Assembly (NCBI GenBank): GCA_050730835.1
Contig: JBOHNS010000003.1
Span: 1-59,035, forward strand
From: Candidatus Saccharimonadales bacterium
Lineage (GTDB): Bacteria > Patescibacteriota > Saccharimonadia > Saccharimonadales > UBA4665
Length of the DNA stretch: 59,035 nt
Direction: 5' to 3'
Under the pieces are notes generated by a model. The model saw only the letters and a program-made list of their open reading frames with translations, had not been told where the DNA came from and searched no databases. The translations under genes were made by a program, and so were the position numbers. Shown here in pieces: positions 1-7,468 of the stretch (its first letter is position 1; each line of letters opens with the position of its first letter).

Positions 1-121
1 AATAGGCCCTTCGACTTCGCTCAAGGTCATTCGCTTCGGCGCATAACTCTGTTACTACTTAAAGTTTTTGCTAAGTCGAATGGTTTACCATGAGTAAGGC
101 AGATTTATCTGCAGAATCGAA

Positions 122-312
122 TGGTGCGGGTGGCGGGAGTCGAACCCGCGTTTTGGCCTTGCCCGTACTCCGCAGTTGCTGGTGCGAGATACCAGAGTCG
201 AACTGGCGTCTCTTGCTTGGGAAGCAAACATACTGCCGCTGTACTAATCTCGCTCTTTGGCAGCTACGTAGGATGTTGGAAGGCCACATAATAGCCGTTA
301 TACTACACCCGC
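122..312 (-). tRNA. tRNA-Trp(CCA)-like gene interrupted after anticodon-loop nt 37 by a 116-nt insert (exon 1 = 312..276, exon 2 = 159..122)
   Basis: Minus strand 312..276 = GCGGGTGTAGTATAACGGCTATTATGTGGCCTTCCAA and 159..122 = AGGCCAAAACGCGGGTTCGACTCCCGCCACCCGCACCA. Joined, they give a 75-nt cloverleaf: acceptor GCGGGTG/CACCCGC, D-loop with GG, anticodon stem TGGCC/GGCCA, loop TTCCAAA, T-arm GCGGG-TTCGACT-CCCGC, encoded CCA. Neither half folds alone. Confidence 0.6.
180..253 (-). tRNA. tRNA-Gly(CCC), lying entirely inside the insert of the split tRNA above
   Basis: Minus strand GCGAGATTAGTACAGCGGCAGTATGTTTGCTTCCCAAGCAAGAGACGCCAGTTCGACTCTGGTATCTCGCACCA: 7-bp acceptor GCGAGAT/ATCTCGC, anticodon stem TTTGC/GCAAG, loop TTCCCAA, T-arm GCCAG-TTCGACT-CTGGT, encoded CCA. 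Confidence 0.9.
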
Positions 313-343
313 GCCGCTTCTGGTTTTAGCCAAAAGCCATTTT

Positions 344-362
344 CCATTGACCATTGACCATT
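344..362. repeat. (CCATTGA)n heptamer tandem repeat, about 2.7 units
   Basis: ccattga ccattga ccatt read directly, about 30 nt upstream of the split tRNA 5' end. The same unit recurs at 17420 and 18746. Confidence 0.85.
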
Positions 363-486
363 TATGGCCGGCTACGCCGATATTTAATATTCAAAAGCTT
401 TTACTAATAAAAGCTTTTGGCCAAAAATTGTTACAAGTTTTTAAGCCAGTCGCCAATGGCTTTTAGCTTATTAAAAAGCTAAAAGC

Positions 487-562
487 TGGAGCCACCTAGC
501 GGGGTTGAACCGCTGACCTTCGCGTTACGAATGCGATGCTCTACCAACTGAGCTAAGGTGGC
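487..562 (-). tRNA. tRNA-Thr(CGT)
   Basis: Minus strand GCCACCTTAGCTCAGTTGGTAGAGCATCGCATTCGTAACGCGAAGGTCAGCGGTTCAACCCCGCTAGGTGGCTCCA: acceptor GCCACCT/AGGTGGC, D-arm GCTC/GAGC, loop TTCGTAA, T-arm AGCGG/CCGCT, CCA encoded. Confidence 0.9.
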
Positions 563-652
563 GATCAATGCCAACTCTGGCATTATAGCAAACGTCTCTT
601 GAACATTATCCGTTAATTAGGCTAATATATATTCAAGAATTATTAAGCAAGT

Positions 653-1081
653 TTGGAGAAACCAGAGATACTAAAAGATTTCAAAAAATTTATCCTGCGT
701 GGCAACGTGGTCGATCTAGCTGTGGCCGTCGTTATCGGCGCGGCGTTTGGCAAAATAATCACGGCGCTGGTCAGCGATTTCATTACGCCGCTAATCGCTT
801 CCATTTACTCCAGCTCCAGCTTCGCCAAAGATTATTTCACTTTTAACGGCAGCAAATTTATGTATGGCGATTTCGTTAACGCGATTATAACTTTTGTGAT
901 TATAGCAGCTGTGATATTTTTCCTAATAATCCAGCCAATTAATAAATTACACGCCCGCGCCGAGCGTCGCAAAACGCCGCTAGAACCAACTGACCGTGCT
1001 TGCCCAGAATGCTTAAGTCTTGTCCCCAAAGCCGCCAGCCGCTGCGCCTTCTGCACCGCCAAAATCAAGCCTCAAAGCTAA
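653..1081 (+). CDS. mscL: Large-conductance mechanosensitive channel MscL with a C-terminal CxxC...CxxC zinc-ribbon tail
   Basis: N-terminus FKKFILRGNVVDLAVAVVIGAAFGKII..., two TM segments typical of MscL. C-terminus CPECLSLVPKAASRCAFCTAKI. TTG start. Confidence 0.85.
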   Translation: MEKPEILKDFKKFILRGNVVDLAVAVVIGAAFGKIITALVSDFITPLIASIYSSSSFAKDYFTFNGSKFMYGDFVNAIITFVIIAAVIFFLIIQPINKLHARAERRKTPLEPTDRACPECLSLVPKAASRCAFCTAKIKPQS

Positions 1082-1183
1082 ATAAACTTTTGCTTGAACG
1101 ATTTTGAAAGCCTGGCGGCCGACTTTAAACAGCTCGTCAATAATTTTTTTTGAGCGGCAAGCCATTAGCTCAGCTTGCTTAAA

Positions 1184-1780
1184 CTACCCTGCCGCTTTTT
1201 GTTTAATAAATCCGGCAAGCCGAAAACTGCCGAAGCTTAGCGCATAAAAAATGCTAAAGCTGTGCCCGGCGCTCGGCAACAAACCTTTATCTGCGCCATC
1301 GATTATGGTATCTTTGGGCGGTACGACGCCATCGGCCAGCGGTCGAAAAGATTTTATGCGTCGGCGCTCGGCCGCCGGCAGTTTGCCGAGGCTGGCCGGC
1401 AGCATGGCTAGCGATTGTTCAAAAGCCGGGTTTTGCTCAAATCTAGCCCTGGCAATAGTTTGCGGATTGTGTATTTTACCGCAAATCAAAACCACTTTGT
1501 CGACGGCCGCGCTGCGTGCCACAAAAGCATTAATGGCGGCGCTAGCGCCAGCGCTCGCGCCAATCAACGAAACGCGCTCGCCCCGTCCGGCGCATTCGTC
1601 TATCTGCGCAATTATTTTGTCTAATTTCGGCCGAAACGCTTGCTTATCAGCCCAGCCAATATAATGATAATCAACCTTAAGCTTATAAACGCGCCAAAAA
1701 TTTATTAACCTAGTCTGCACCTGCCGAAAATCATCATCCCCGAGCCCCGGCAAATATATAACGCGCCGATAGTGTTTCAT
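1184..1780 (-). CDS. Alpha/beta-fold hydrolase (esterase/lipase-like)
   Basis: 198-aa ORF with nucleophile-elbow motif GASAG (LIGASAGASAA). Confidence 0.55.
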   Translation of the reverse strand: MKHYRRVIYLPGLGDDDFRQVQTRLINFWRVYKLKVDYHYIGWADKQAFRPKLDKIIAQIDECAGRGERVSLIGASAGASAAINAFVARSAAVDKVVLICGKIHNPQTIARARFEQNPAFEQSLAMLPASLGKLPAAERRRIKSFRPLADGVVPPKDTIIDGADKGLLPSAGHSFSIFYALSFGSFRLAGFIKQKAAG

Positions 1781-1891
1781 AATCTTTTTCTAAGCATACC
1801 AGAATATCCGCTTATGTTTGGCGATAGCCGTCCGATTATACAATATTCTCCAATGACGCTTCAGATTTAGCAGACTTATTAACAAGATTGA

Positions 1892-1916
1892 ACGGTTTGG
1901 CGGGCTCGACCGGATT
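1892..1916. repeat. Distal att repeat (partial tRNA-Asp 3' end copy)
   Basis: Identical to 7075..7099. Flanks differ on both sides. Confidence 0.8.
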
Positions 1917-2255
1917 AGCGGGCTTCGCCCTTTATCCGCTCGCCTTTCTCGAAGCTAGCTTCTGCGAGAGGCTCGCTCCACGAATCGGCACCCCTTCGGG
2001 TTATGCCGATTCAAATCATGAGCGAAGCTCATCAAAAGAATAAGACCCATACCTTTGGCATGAGTCTTATTCTTTGGCGGGACATAGAGTCCGATTTCCG
2101 AACAGCTACACTAACCGCCTAATCTACAAAAATCTTTTTGCAGGCTATAACACCCAAACGCCCCCCTGCCGTGGTGGCTGTCGCAGGTACCATCAAACAT
2201 ATATAATATATAGCGAAGCGTAGGTATGTGAGCACAGGTTCACGGAGCAACAAAT

Positions 2256-2615
2256 ATGAAAACCAAAGATTTAACACCGCGTCAAAATGCCTATATGCAG
2301 GCTTATGTTAGCCCTGATAGCCCTAGCTTTGGCAACTCCTACCAAAGTGCTAGGACTGCCGGTTATAGAGACCAGACGGCTAGAAACCTTATGCACCTTA
2401 ATCCTGAATGGTTATCGGATAATATCGGACAAATAGTAGCTATTCAACCAGATGAGCTGATTACTGAACTAGCAACGATTATAAAAGACGGCTCAGAGCC
2501 AACAATTATCCGGCTTCGTGCTATAGAACTTAACCTAAAAGCATACGGGATGTTGTCTCAGCGGCAAGAAGCGGCTCAAACAGCCGTAACACTCAATATA
2601 GATTTAACCAGTTAA
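2256..2615 (+). CDS. Terminase small-subunit-like HTH protein
   Basis: LTPRQNAYMQAYVSPDSPSFGNSYQSARTAGYRDQTARNLMHL resembles the N-terminal HTH of phage TerS (Terminase_2-like) proteins. Recognition by eye only. Confidence 0.45.
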   Translation: MKTKDLTPRQNAYMQAYVSPDSPSFGNSYQSARTAGYRDQTARNLMHLNPEWLSDNIGQIVAIQPDELITELATIIKDGSEPTIIRLRAIELNLKAYGMLSQRQEAAQTAVTLNIDLTS

Positions 2616-3373
2616 TAGCCATACTGATGAAGTTCGGCAGCAATACATTGCGACATCGCACTAGAGCTACCAGCGCCAGCATTACCCAATATTACGCCGC
2701 AGTTTTGTTGAGCAACAGCAAGTGCTTGACTATATGTGTACCCAGAACCGCCACTTGACGATGTTTTCGTACCCCTTAAAATTACCTCGTCGGTTGCAGG
2801 GTAAACAACAGATGTAGTTGGTGGGCCATTATTGGGTGTAGTACAAGTTTCCTTCTCGCCTTTTAATCCGTACGTTTTAGTGTAGTTCTGACCTATGTAA
2901 CTTGTTGGGTCATCTTCGTAGATAGTGTGATAAGGGATAGAGATATAGGTGCACGAGGGGAAGAACGGCGGTTTGTACGCCGTGCCAGGAGGAGACGTGC
3001 TATGTCCGCTTGCCACCGTACTTAACTGAGCGGGCTCGGCCGATTTAACTGGTTGGGTTTCTGAAGTTGATTTTTTGACTGTATTAGGTGGTGGTTTGTC
3101 GCAACTATGCTGGCCGTAGACCTCGATACACAGCCCATCATTGTTATTGCCTGCCTGAACACTTAGGCTGCTTCTGCCGGCTACTTTTGTGTCTAGCGAC
3201 CCTGAATGTACCATTTTGCTATGACTAACCTGCCAAGCAGTGGCCGCGCCGCCACAGGCGAGCACTATGAACAGACCCACGCCACCAAGCAACAATTTAC
3301 GCTTAGAGAGTCTTAACATTTTCCCTGTTAGGCTTTCCTTAAAACTACGCAACCACATAATTTTTCTCATCAT
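2612..3373 (-). CDS. Membrane-anchored protein with a G5-like domain
   Basis: N-terminal TM (LLLGGVGLFIVLACGGAA). The segment IPYHTIYEDDPTSYIGQNYTKTYGLKGEKE...VILRGTK resembles a G5 domain. Confidence 0.45.
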   Translation of the reverse strand: MMRKIMWLRSFKESLTGKMLRLSKRKLLLGGVGLFIVLACGGAATAWQVSHSKMVHSGSLDTKVAGRSSLSVQAGNNNDGLCIEVYGQHSCDKPPPNTVKKSTSETQPVKSAEPAQLSTVASGHSTSPPGTAYKPPFFPSCTYISIPYHTIYEDDPTSYIGQNYTKTYGLKGEKETCTTPNNGPPTTSVVYPATDEVILRGTKTSSSGGSGYTYSQALAVAQQNCGVILGNAGAGSSSAMSQCIAAELHQYGY

Positions 3374-3831
3374 AATTTAGACATCATTTCTTTGAAGCCA
3401 GTGTAGTCCTTATAAAGTTCGGCGTCGCTAGTTTCGGATACGGCGGCTAGGTTATCTCTAACTCGCCCCGCCTCTGGCGTATCAGTCCAGCCGCTATCCA
3501 GCAGCTCTGTCAGTTGCTCGTTTTTATACTCTAGCAAGGCGATGGTATAGGCCCTAATAACAGGGATAGTGTACAGCTTACCTGCTGTCGAAGGTATTTT
3601 GCTAGCAGGCACATTTTCCTTATTCCTTCCAGTGGTGTCCTCGCCTAGCAAGTAATCCACGGATAAAACACATAGGTTCTTAAACGCATCGTCATCTTTT
3701 GGATAGGCTATAGTCTTCTCGATTAGCGGACGGTACTCCCCTTCAACCATATTCTTATACAACATCACCTTTAGCTGTAGGTATGCATTATTAAACTTCT
3801 GGATTGACCGCTGCTTTGAAAATAAGCCCAT
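3370..3831 (-). CDS. Hypothetical protein (element-borne)
   Basis: 153-aa ORF overlapping the downstream gene by 4 nt. No recognisable motif. Confidence 0.45.
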   Translation of the reverse strand: MGLFSKQRSIQKFNNAYLQLKVMLYKNMVEGEYRPLIEKTIAYPKDDDAFKNLCVLSVDYLLGEDTTGRNKENVPASKIPSTAGKLYTIPVIRAYTIALLEYKNEQLTELLDSGWTDTPEAGRVRDNLAAVSETSDAELYKDYTGFKEMMSKL

Positions 3832-4078
3832 TAGGTACCTCTATTGTTGGTGCGGCAATCAAAAAGCCTGCCGCTAAACTGATGGCTCGCGCCACCCACA
3901 CCGGTTTCCCGATATGACCATATACAACAGTAGGCCTAACGACAGGCTGTTTGTTGTATATGGATTTGGGGCGACCGTGCCGCCGCAGAGCGACGGTTTA
4001 GGCCTAAGTGGCGTACCACTTATCAGAGATTATAAGTCAATTGGAATGAAATAGTACATAGCTTGGTATTATTAAGGT

Positions 4079-4681
4079 ATGCCTGAAAATGAACATAGTC
4101 GGAGACGTTTTAAGTTAAAGGCCGGTGAATACGACTGGTATAAAGAGCAGGTTGCTAGCGACAAAGAGTTTGTTGCTAAGCTGAAAAGACTGGCGACACG
4201 CCGTGCTCGTAGTTATCCACAACACAACTCGCCGTTAATTCGACGACTTATTGCTGGTCTAGCCGATGATTACGACCTTAGCACCGATGACATTGATGAA
4301 CTTCTTGTGACGGTAATTCAAGGAGCTTCTAGGCAGAGCCGTAAGGGTAGTATTGGCTTCGACTTGCTCACCAGACAAGCTACCGTCACGTATAACATTG
4401 ATGATTGTAGCGACAAAGAAGCCGAGGAGCTTTTCAGGAAATCCCTTGCGGCTCGCCGTCGTGACTTTGGCGACCCGAAAGCCCCTAGGCGTAGGCTGCC
4501 ACAAGAGGCAGAGCTACTTTACGCAATACACCGAGCGGTCAAGCGCGGCCTTAAGCGCCAAGCTATATTTGATTTGTATGCTGCCAGTGAACTCACTGGC
4601 TCCAAACCCAATTTAGTACAATTCAGCACACCCGTAGACCTTATGAATTACTATTACCGACACACAGAGGAAGTCACGTAG
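4079..4681 (+). CDS. Hypothetical protein (element-borne)
   Basis: 200-aa ORF, basic and helical in composition. No family recognised. Confidence 0.45.
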   Translation: MPENEHSRRRFKLKAGEYDWYKEQVASDKEFVAKLKRLATRRARSYPQHNSPLIRRLIAGLADDYDLSTDDIDELLVTVIQGASRQSRKGSIGFDLLTRQATVTYNIDDCSDKEAEELFRKSLAARRRDFGDPKAPRRRLPQEAELLYAIHRAVKRGLKRQAIFDLYAASELTGSKPNLVQFSTPVDLMNYYYRHTEEVT

Positions 4682-4742
4682 TTTAAACACCCCCCTTAAC
4701 TGTTACTCAAAGCTTGTCCATTTCTGTCGATACTAATGGGGT

Positions 4743-5243
4743 ATGAGTAATGACTTTAGTACAAATGGGGGCTGTTTAATGGGGAATGGCGATGAATTGG
4801 GCAATAGTCCAATGCCTAACCTTAAACCCTCCATTGAAGAAGTAGATACACTAGCAGATGAACTAGCGGGCGAGTTCGACAACCCAGATTACCGTACCTG
4901 GTACTGCAAGGTTATTTACGAGTTCGGCGTTGACCGCGTGAATGGCTGGCGAAAGCGCGCCCGCAGCGGCGACTTTCCAGGAAGACTATTCGGCTTTTAC
5001 GTACGTGAAGCCCGTGAGCGCAAAGGCGGCAATCGTAGTGTTCACGACAACGCTAGCCAGCCCACCGCTAACGGGAAAGACACCGTTTACCCTGTACGCG
5101 GCGACGAAACCAGCGAAGAGCTGCTAGCTAATATGCAGAAAACTCTTGGCGAGAAACCAGCAAGCCAGGAAGCCAGCAAGGAAAGCCAAGCTAATAATGT
5201 TCGGCGAGTATTTGGTGATTATTTAGAGGAAATCGACGCGTGA
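4743..5243 (+). CDS. Hypothetical protein (element-borne)
   Basis: 166-aa ORF. No family recognised. Confidence 0.45.
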   Translation: MSNDFSTNGGCLMGNGDELGNSPMPNLKPSIEEVDTLADELAGEFDNPDYRTWYCKVIYEFGVDRVNGWRKRARSGDFPGRLFGFYVREARERKGGNRSVHDNASQPTANGKDTVYPVRGDETSEELLANMQKTLGEKPASQEASKESQANNVRRVFGDYLEEIDA

Positions 5244-5425
5244 GTATCACAGCTGCCGATATAGACTATGAGCAGCTCCGCCGGATACTCGAGCGTGAGC
5301 TTGACCGCCCTGTCAGTATCGACGAGGCCACCGGTATAGGCAAGCACCTGGTAAACGTTTACGAAATCTTGCTTTATAACGGGGGTGAATGTGATAAAAT
5401 AGAAATGGACACAACTAATCGCTAG
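5240..5425 (+). CDS. Small hypothetical protein (element-borne)
   Basis: 61-aa ORF whose start overlaps the upstream stop by 4 nt (translational coupling pattern). Confidence 0.35.
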   Translation: MSITAADIDYEQLRRILERELDRPVSIDEATGIGKHLVNVYEILLYNGGECDKIEMDTTNR

Positions 5426-5526
5426 GACTACCATTGCTTCTTAATGGGGGCAGTTCGTACAGCTTCTAGCGAGGTTGTGTCCGCGAGCTGTCCCCATTAA
5501 GTTGATAGCTCTGAAAGGAGAAAGCA

Positions 5527-7122
5527 ATGGTAGAAGAAGCTGTAAGATGCGTGGTGTTAGCTCGTGTATCTAGCCGCGCACAAGAGGAAGAGGGCTACTC
5601 ACTAGACGCCCAGGAGCGGTTAGCAAACGAGTACTGCCCTAAGAAGCAACTCAAGGTTGCTAAAACATTCAGGATAGCGGAAACAGCGTCAAAAGCAACG
5701 GAGCGGCGGGTATTTAATGAAATGATGAAGTACCTAACAGCTAACCGGATTAAGCAGCTAGTCGTCGAGAAAGCAGACCGCTTAACTCGCTCATTCAAAG
5801 ATATGGTAATGATTGACGACTGGCTAGAAGCTGACGATAGTCGCCACGTACATCTAATCAAAGATAGCTTAGTAATGTATAAGCACTCGCGCTCTCAAGA
5901 CAAGCTGAACTGGGGTGTTAAGGTACTGTTTGCCAAGAACTACACTGATAATCTTCGAGAAGAAGTTTACAAAGGCCGAATGGAAAAGCTAGCGGACGGC
6001 TGGCTACCAGGTAAACCACCATACGGCTATAAGACTATCGGCGAAAAGAAGCATAAAATACACATACCCGACCCTGAAAAAGTACCGCTGCTAATTAAGT
6101 TGTTCGAAAGCTACCTAAACCCTAGTCATTCTTTGACTACCATTACTAGGTACGCAGGTGATATCGGTATACGCACTAGCAAAGGCCGCCCGTACTCGCG
6201 CAGCACTCTAGCCGAAAATATACTGGCTAACCCATTCTACACCGGTAAAAATCGCTGGCAAGGTATAGATTATGACGGTAAGCAAGAGCTATTTTTAGAT
6301 GAAGACTTATGGAGCGCCGTGCAAGCTAAGATGCACCGAAAAACGCCACCGAAATACCAAAAGCACGACCCCGACTTGCGTGGAATTATCCAATGCGAAG
6401 ACTGTGGTGGCACAATTTCCTGGGAGTTTCAAAAAGGCACCTGGTATGGCCACTGCAATCGCTACAAGGGTTGTCCGTCAAAGAAGTATGCTACACAGAA
6501 GATTATCGAAGAGCAGCTGTTTAAGCACTTCGAAAAGCTGTTGTGCCCATCGCCTGAGATTGCCGAGTGGATTATCGAAGCGCTTAAAGCCAAGCACCAA
6601 AATGATATGTACGATTACAGCGCTAGCGTCGAGCAGCTACGCAGCAATCACGACAGCCTGAAGCGCAGTCTGGATATCCTATACGAAGACAGGTTGAGCG
6701 AGCGTATATCCGTTGAAAGGTACGACCAGTTGAGTAAAGAAAAAGTTCAGCAGCAGAAAGAGCTTGAGACGCAAATTACCGGCCTGGCCGACCGCAGCCG
6801 CAAGCAGCTTCACAGAGGCGTTGACGTACTCGAAAAATCACAGCAAGCAGCGGTAGTGTATGCCACCAAATCGCCTGCCGAGAAACGCATATTACTGAGT
6901 GAGCTATTTACCAGTCTCAAACTAGACGGCACTGCATTACACGTTACTTACAACCCATATACAGAGGCGATTTCGAAACGGGTCGAAAGGCACCGCAAGG
7001 TCGTTAGCAACTTTCGAACTAAAGAAAACACCCCCAATAACGGGGGTGATACCGAGCTTGTCACAGCTCTTCGTACGGTTTGGCGGGCTCGACCGGATTT
7101 GAACCGGCGATCTCCTCCGTGA
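5527..7122 (+). CDS. Large serine recombinase (integrase)
   Basis: Resolvase catalytic N-terminus VVLARVSSRAQEEEGYSLDAQ, recombinase domain, zinc ribbon CEDCGG...HCNRYKGC, C-terminal coiled coil. RBS AAAGGAG precedes the ATG. The last 14 codons are encoded by the att core and tRNA-Asp sequence. Confidence 0.9.
   Translation: MVEEAVRCVVLARVSSRAQEEEGYSLDAQERLANEYCPKKQLKVAKTFRIAETASKATERRVFNEMMKYLTANRIKQLVVEKADRLTRSFKDMVMIDDWLEADDSRHVHLIKDSLVMYKHSRSQDKLNWGVKVLFAKNYTDNLREEVYKGRMEKLADGWLPGKPPYGYKTIGEKKHKIHIPDPEKVPLLIKLFESYLNPSHSLTTITRYAGDIGIRTSKGRPYSRSTLAENILANPFYTGKNRWQGIDYDGKQELFLDEDLWSAVQAKMHRKTPPKYQKHDPDLRGIIQCEDCGGTISWEFQKGTWYGHCNRYKGCPSKKYATQKIIEEQLFKHFEKLLCPSPEIAEWIIEALKAKHQNDMYDYSASVEQLRSNHDSLKRSLDILYEDRLSERISVERYDQLSKEKVQQQKELETQITGLADRSRKQLHRGVDVLEKSQQAAVVYATKSPAEKRILLSELFTSLKLDGTALHVTYNPYTEAISKRVERHRKVVSNFRTKENTPNNGGDTELVTALRTVWRARPDLNRRSPP
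7075..7099. repeat. tRNA-proximal att repeat
   Basis: Identical to 1892..1916. Confidence 0.8.
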
Positions 7123-7156
7123 CAGGGAGGCGTGATAACCACTTCACTACGAGCCC
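7081..7156 (-). tRNA. tRNA-Asp(GTC)
   Basis: Minus strand GGGCTCGTAGTGAAGTGGTTATCACGCCTCCCTGTCACGGAGGAGATCGCCGGTTCAAATCCGGTCGAGCCCGCCA: acceptor GGGCTCG/CGAGCCC, anticodon stem CCTCC/GGAGG, loop CTGTCAC. Confidence 0.9.
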
Positions 7157-7329
7157 TCGTCCTTAGCGTACGCGCCAATCTTGTTTTGCCGCTCTAACGC
7201 CAAAAGCTTCGACCTGGCGCTACGGTCGTACTCTCAAAACTCCATTCAGTCGCTATGCTCCTTGAATTGGAGTTTTGTATAGCCATAATCTAGACAGCTC
7301 CATGTTTTATTTCAAGCTTGACCCAGAAA

Positions 7330-7410
7330 GGAAAAGAGCAGCGAGCTTGCCCGCCAAAGGCGGGTCGGCTTAGCCGACGAGCGATGAGAAAAACCGTAGC
7401 TTTGTCTCAT
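7330..7410 (+). repeat. Intergenic element family R1, copy a
   Basis: GGAAAAGAGCAGC, then a variable hairpin, then GCGATGAGAAAAACCGTAGCTTTGTCTCAT. Related copies at 39821, 40052, 44732(-), 45481(-). Confidence 0.6.
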
Positions 7411-7468
7411 CCCACAACAGAGGTAATCATAGCAGCTGGTGAATTTAAAAGCAAATCTTTAACAGCGC

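Larger units (their letters stand above)
1892..7099. mobile_element. About 5.2-kb integrative element inserted at the 3' end of tRNA-Asp
   Basis: Bounded by a perfect 25-bp direct repeat ACGGTTTGGCGGGCTCGACCGGATT (1892..1916 and 7075..7099). The right copy covers the last 19 nt of tRNA-Asp. A large serine recombinase gene sits at the tRNA-proximal end. Confidence 0.75.

Noticed and set aside
160-275. Group I intron or archaeal bulge-helix-bulge intron as the explanation for the tRNA insert
   Set aside because: 116 nt, 74 of them a tRNA, is too short for a group I core (no P3-P8 elements visible). I could not draw the 3-nt bulge / 4-bp helix / 3-nt bulge motif around the junctions. The nature of the insert is left open.
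71-329. ORFs 71..289(-) and 90..329(+) from the six-frame track
   Set aside because: They lie entirely over the two nested tRNA genes. Their peptides are just translations of tRNA sequence.
7381-7410. Hammerhead-ribozyme core, suggested by GCGATGAGAAA in R1 elements
   Set aside because: The CUGA part of the core is missing, there is no stem II between GAUGAG and GAAA, and no plausible cleavage-site helix.
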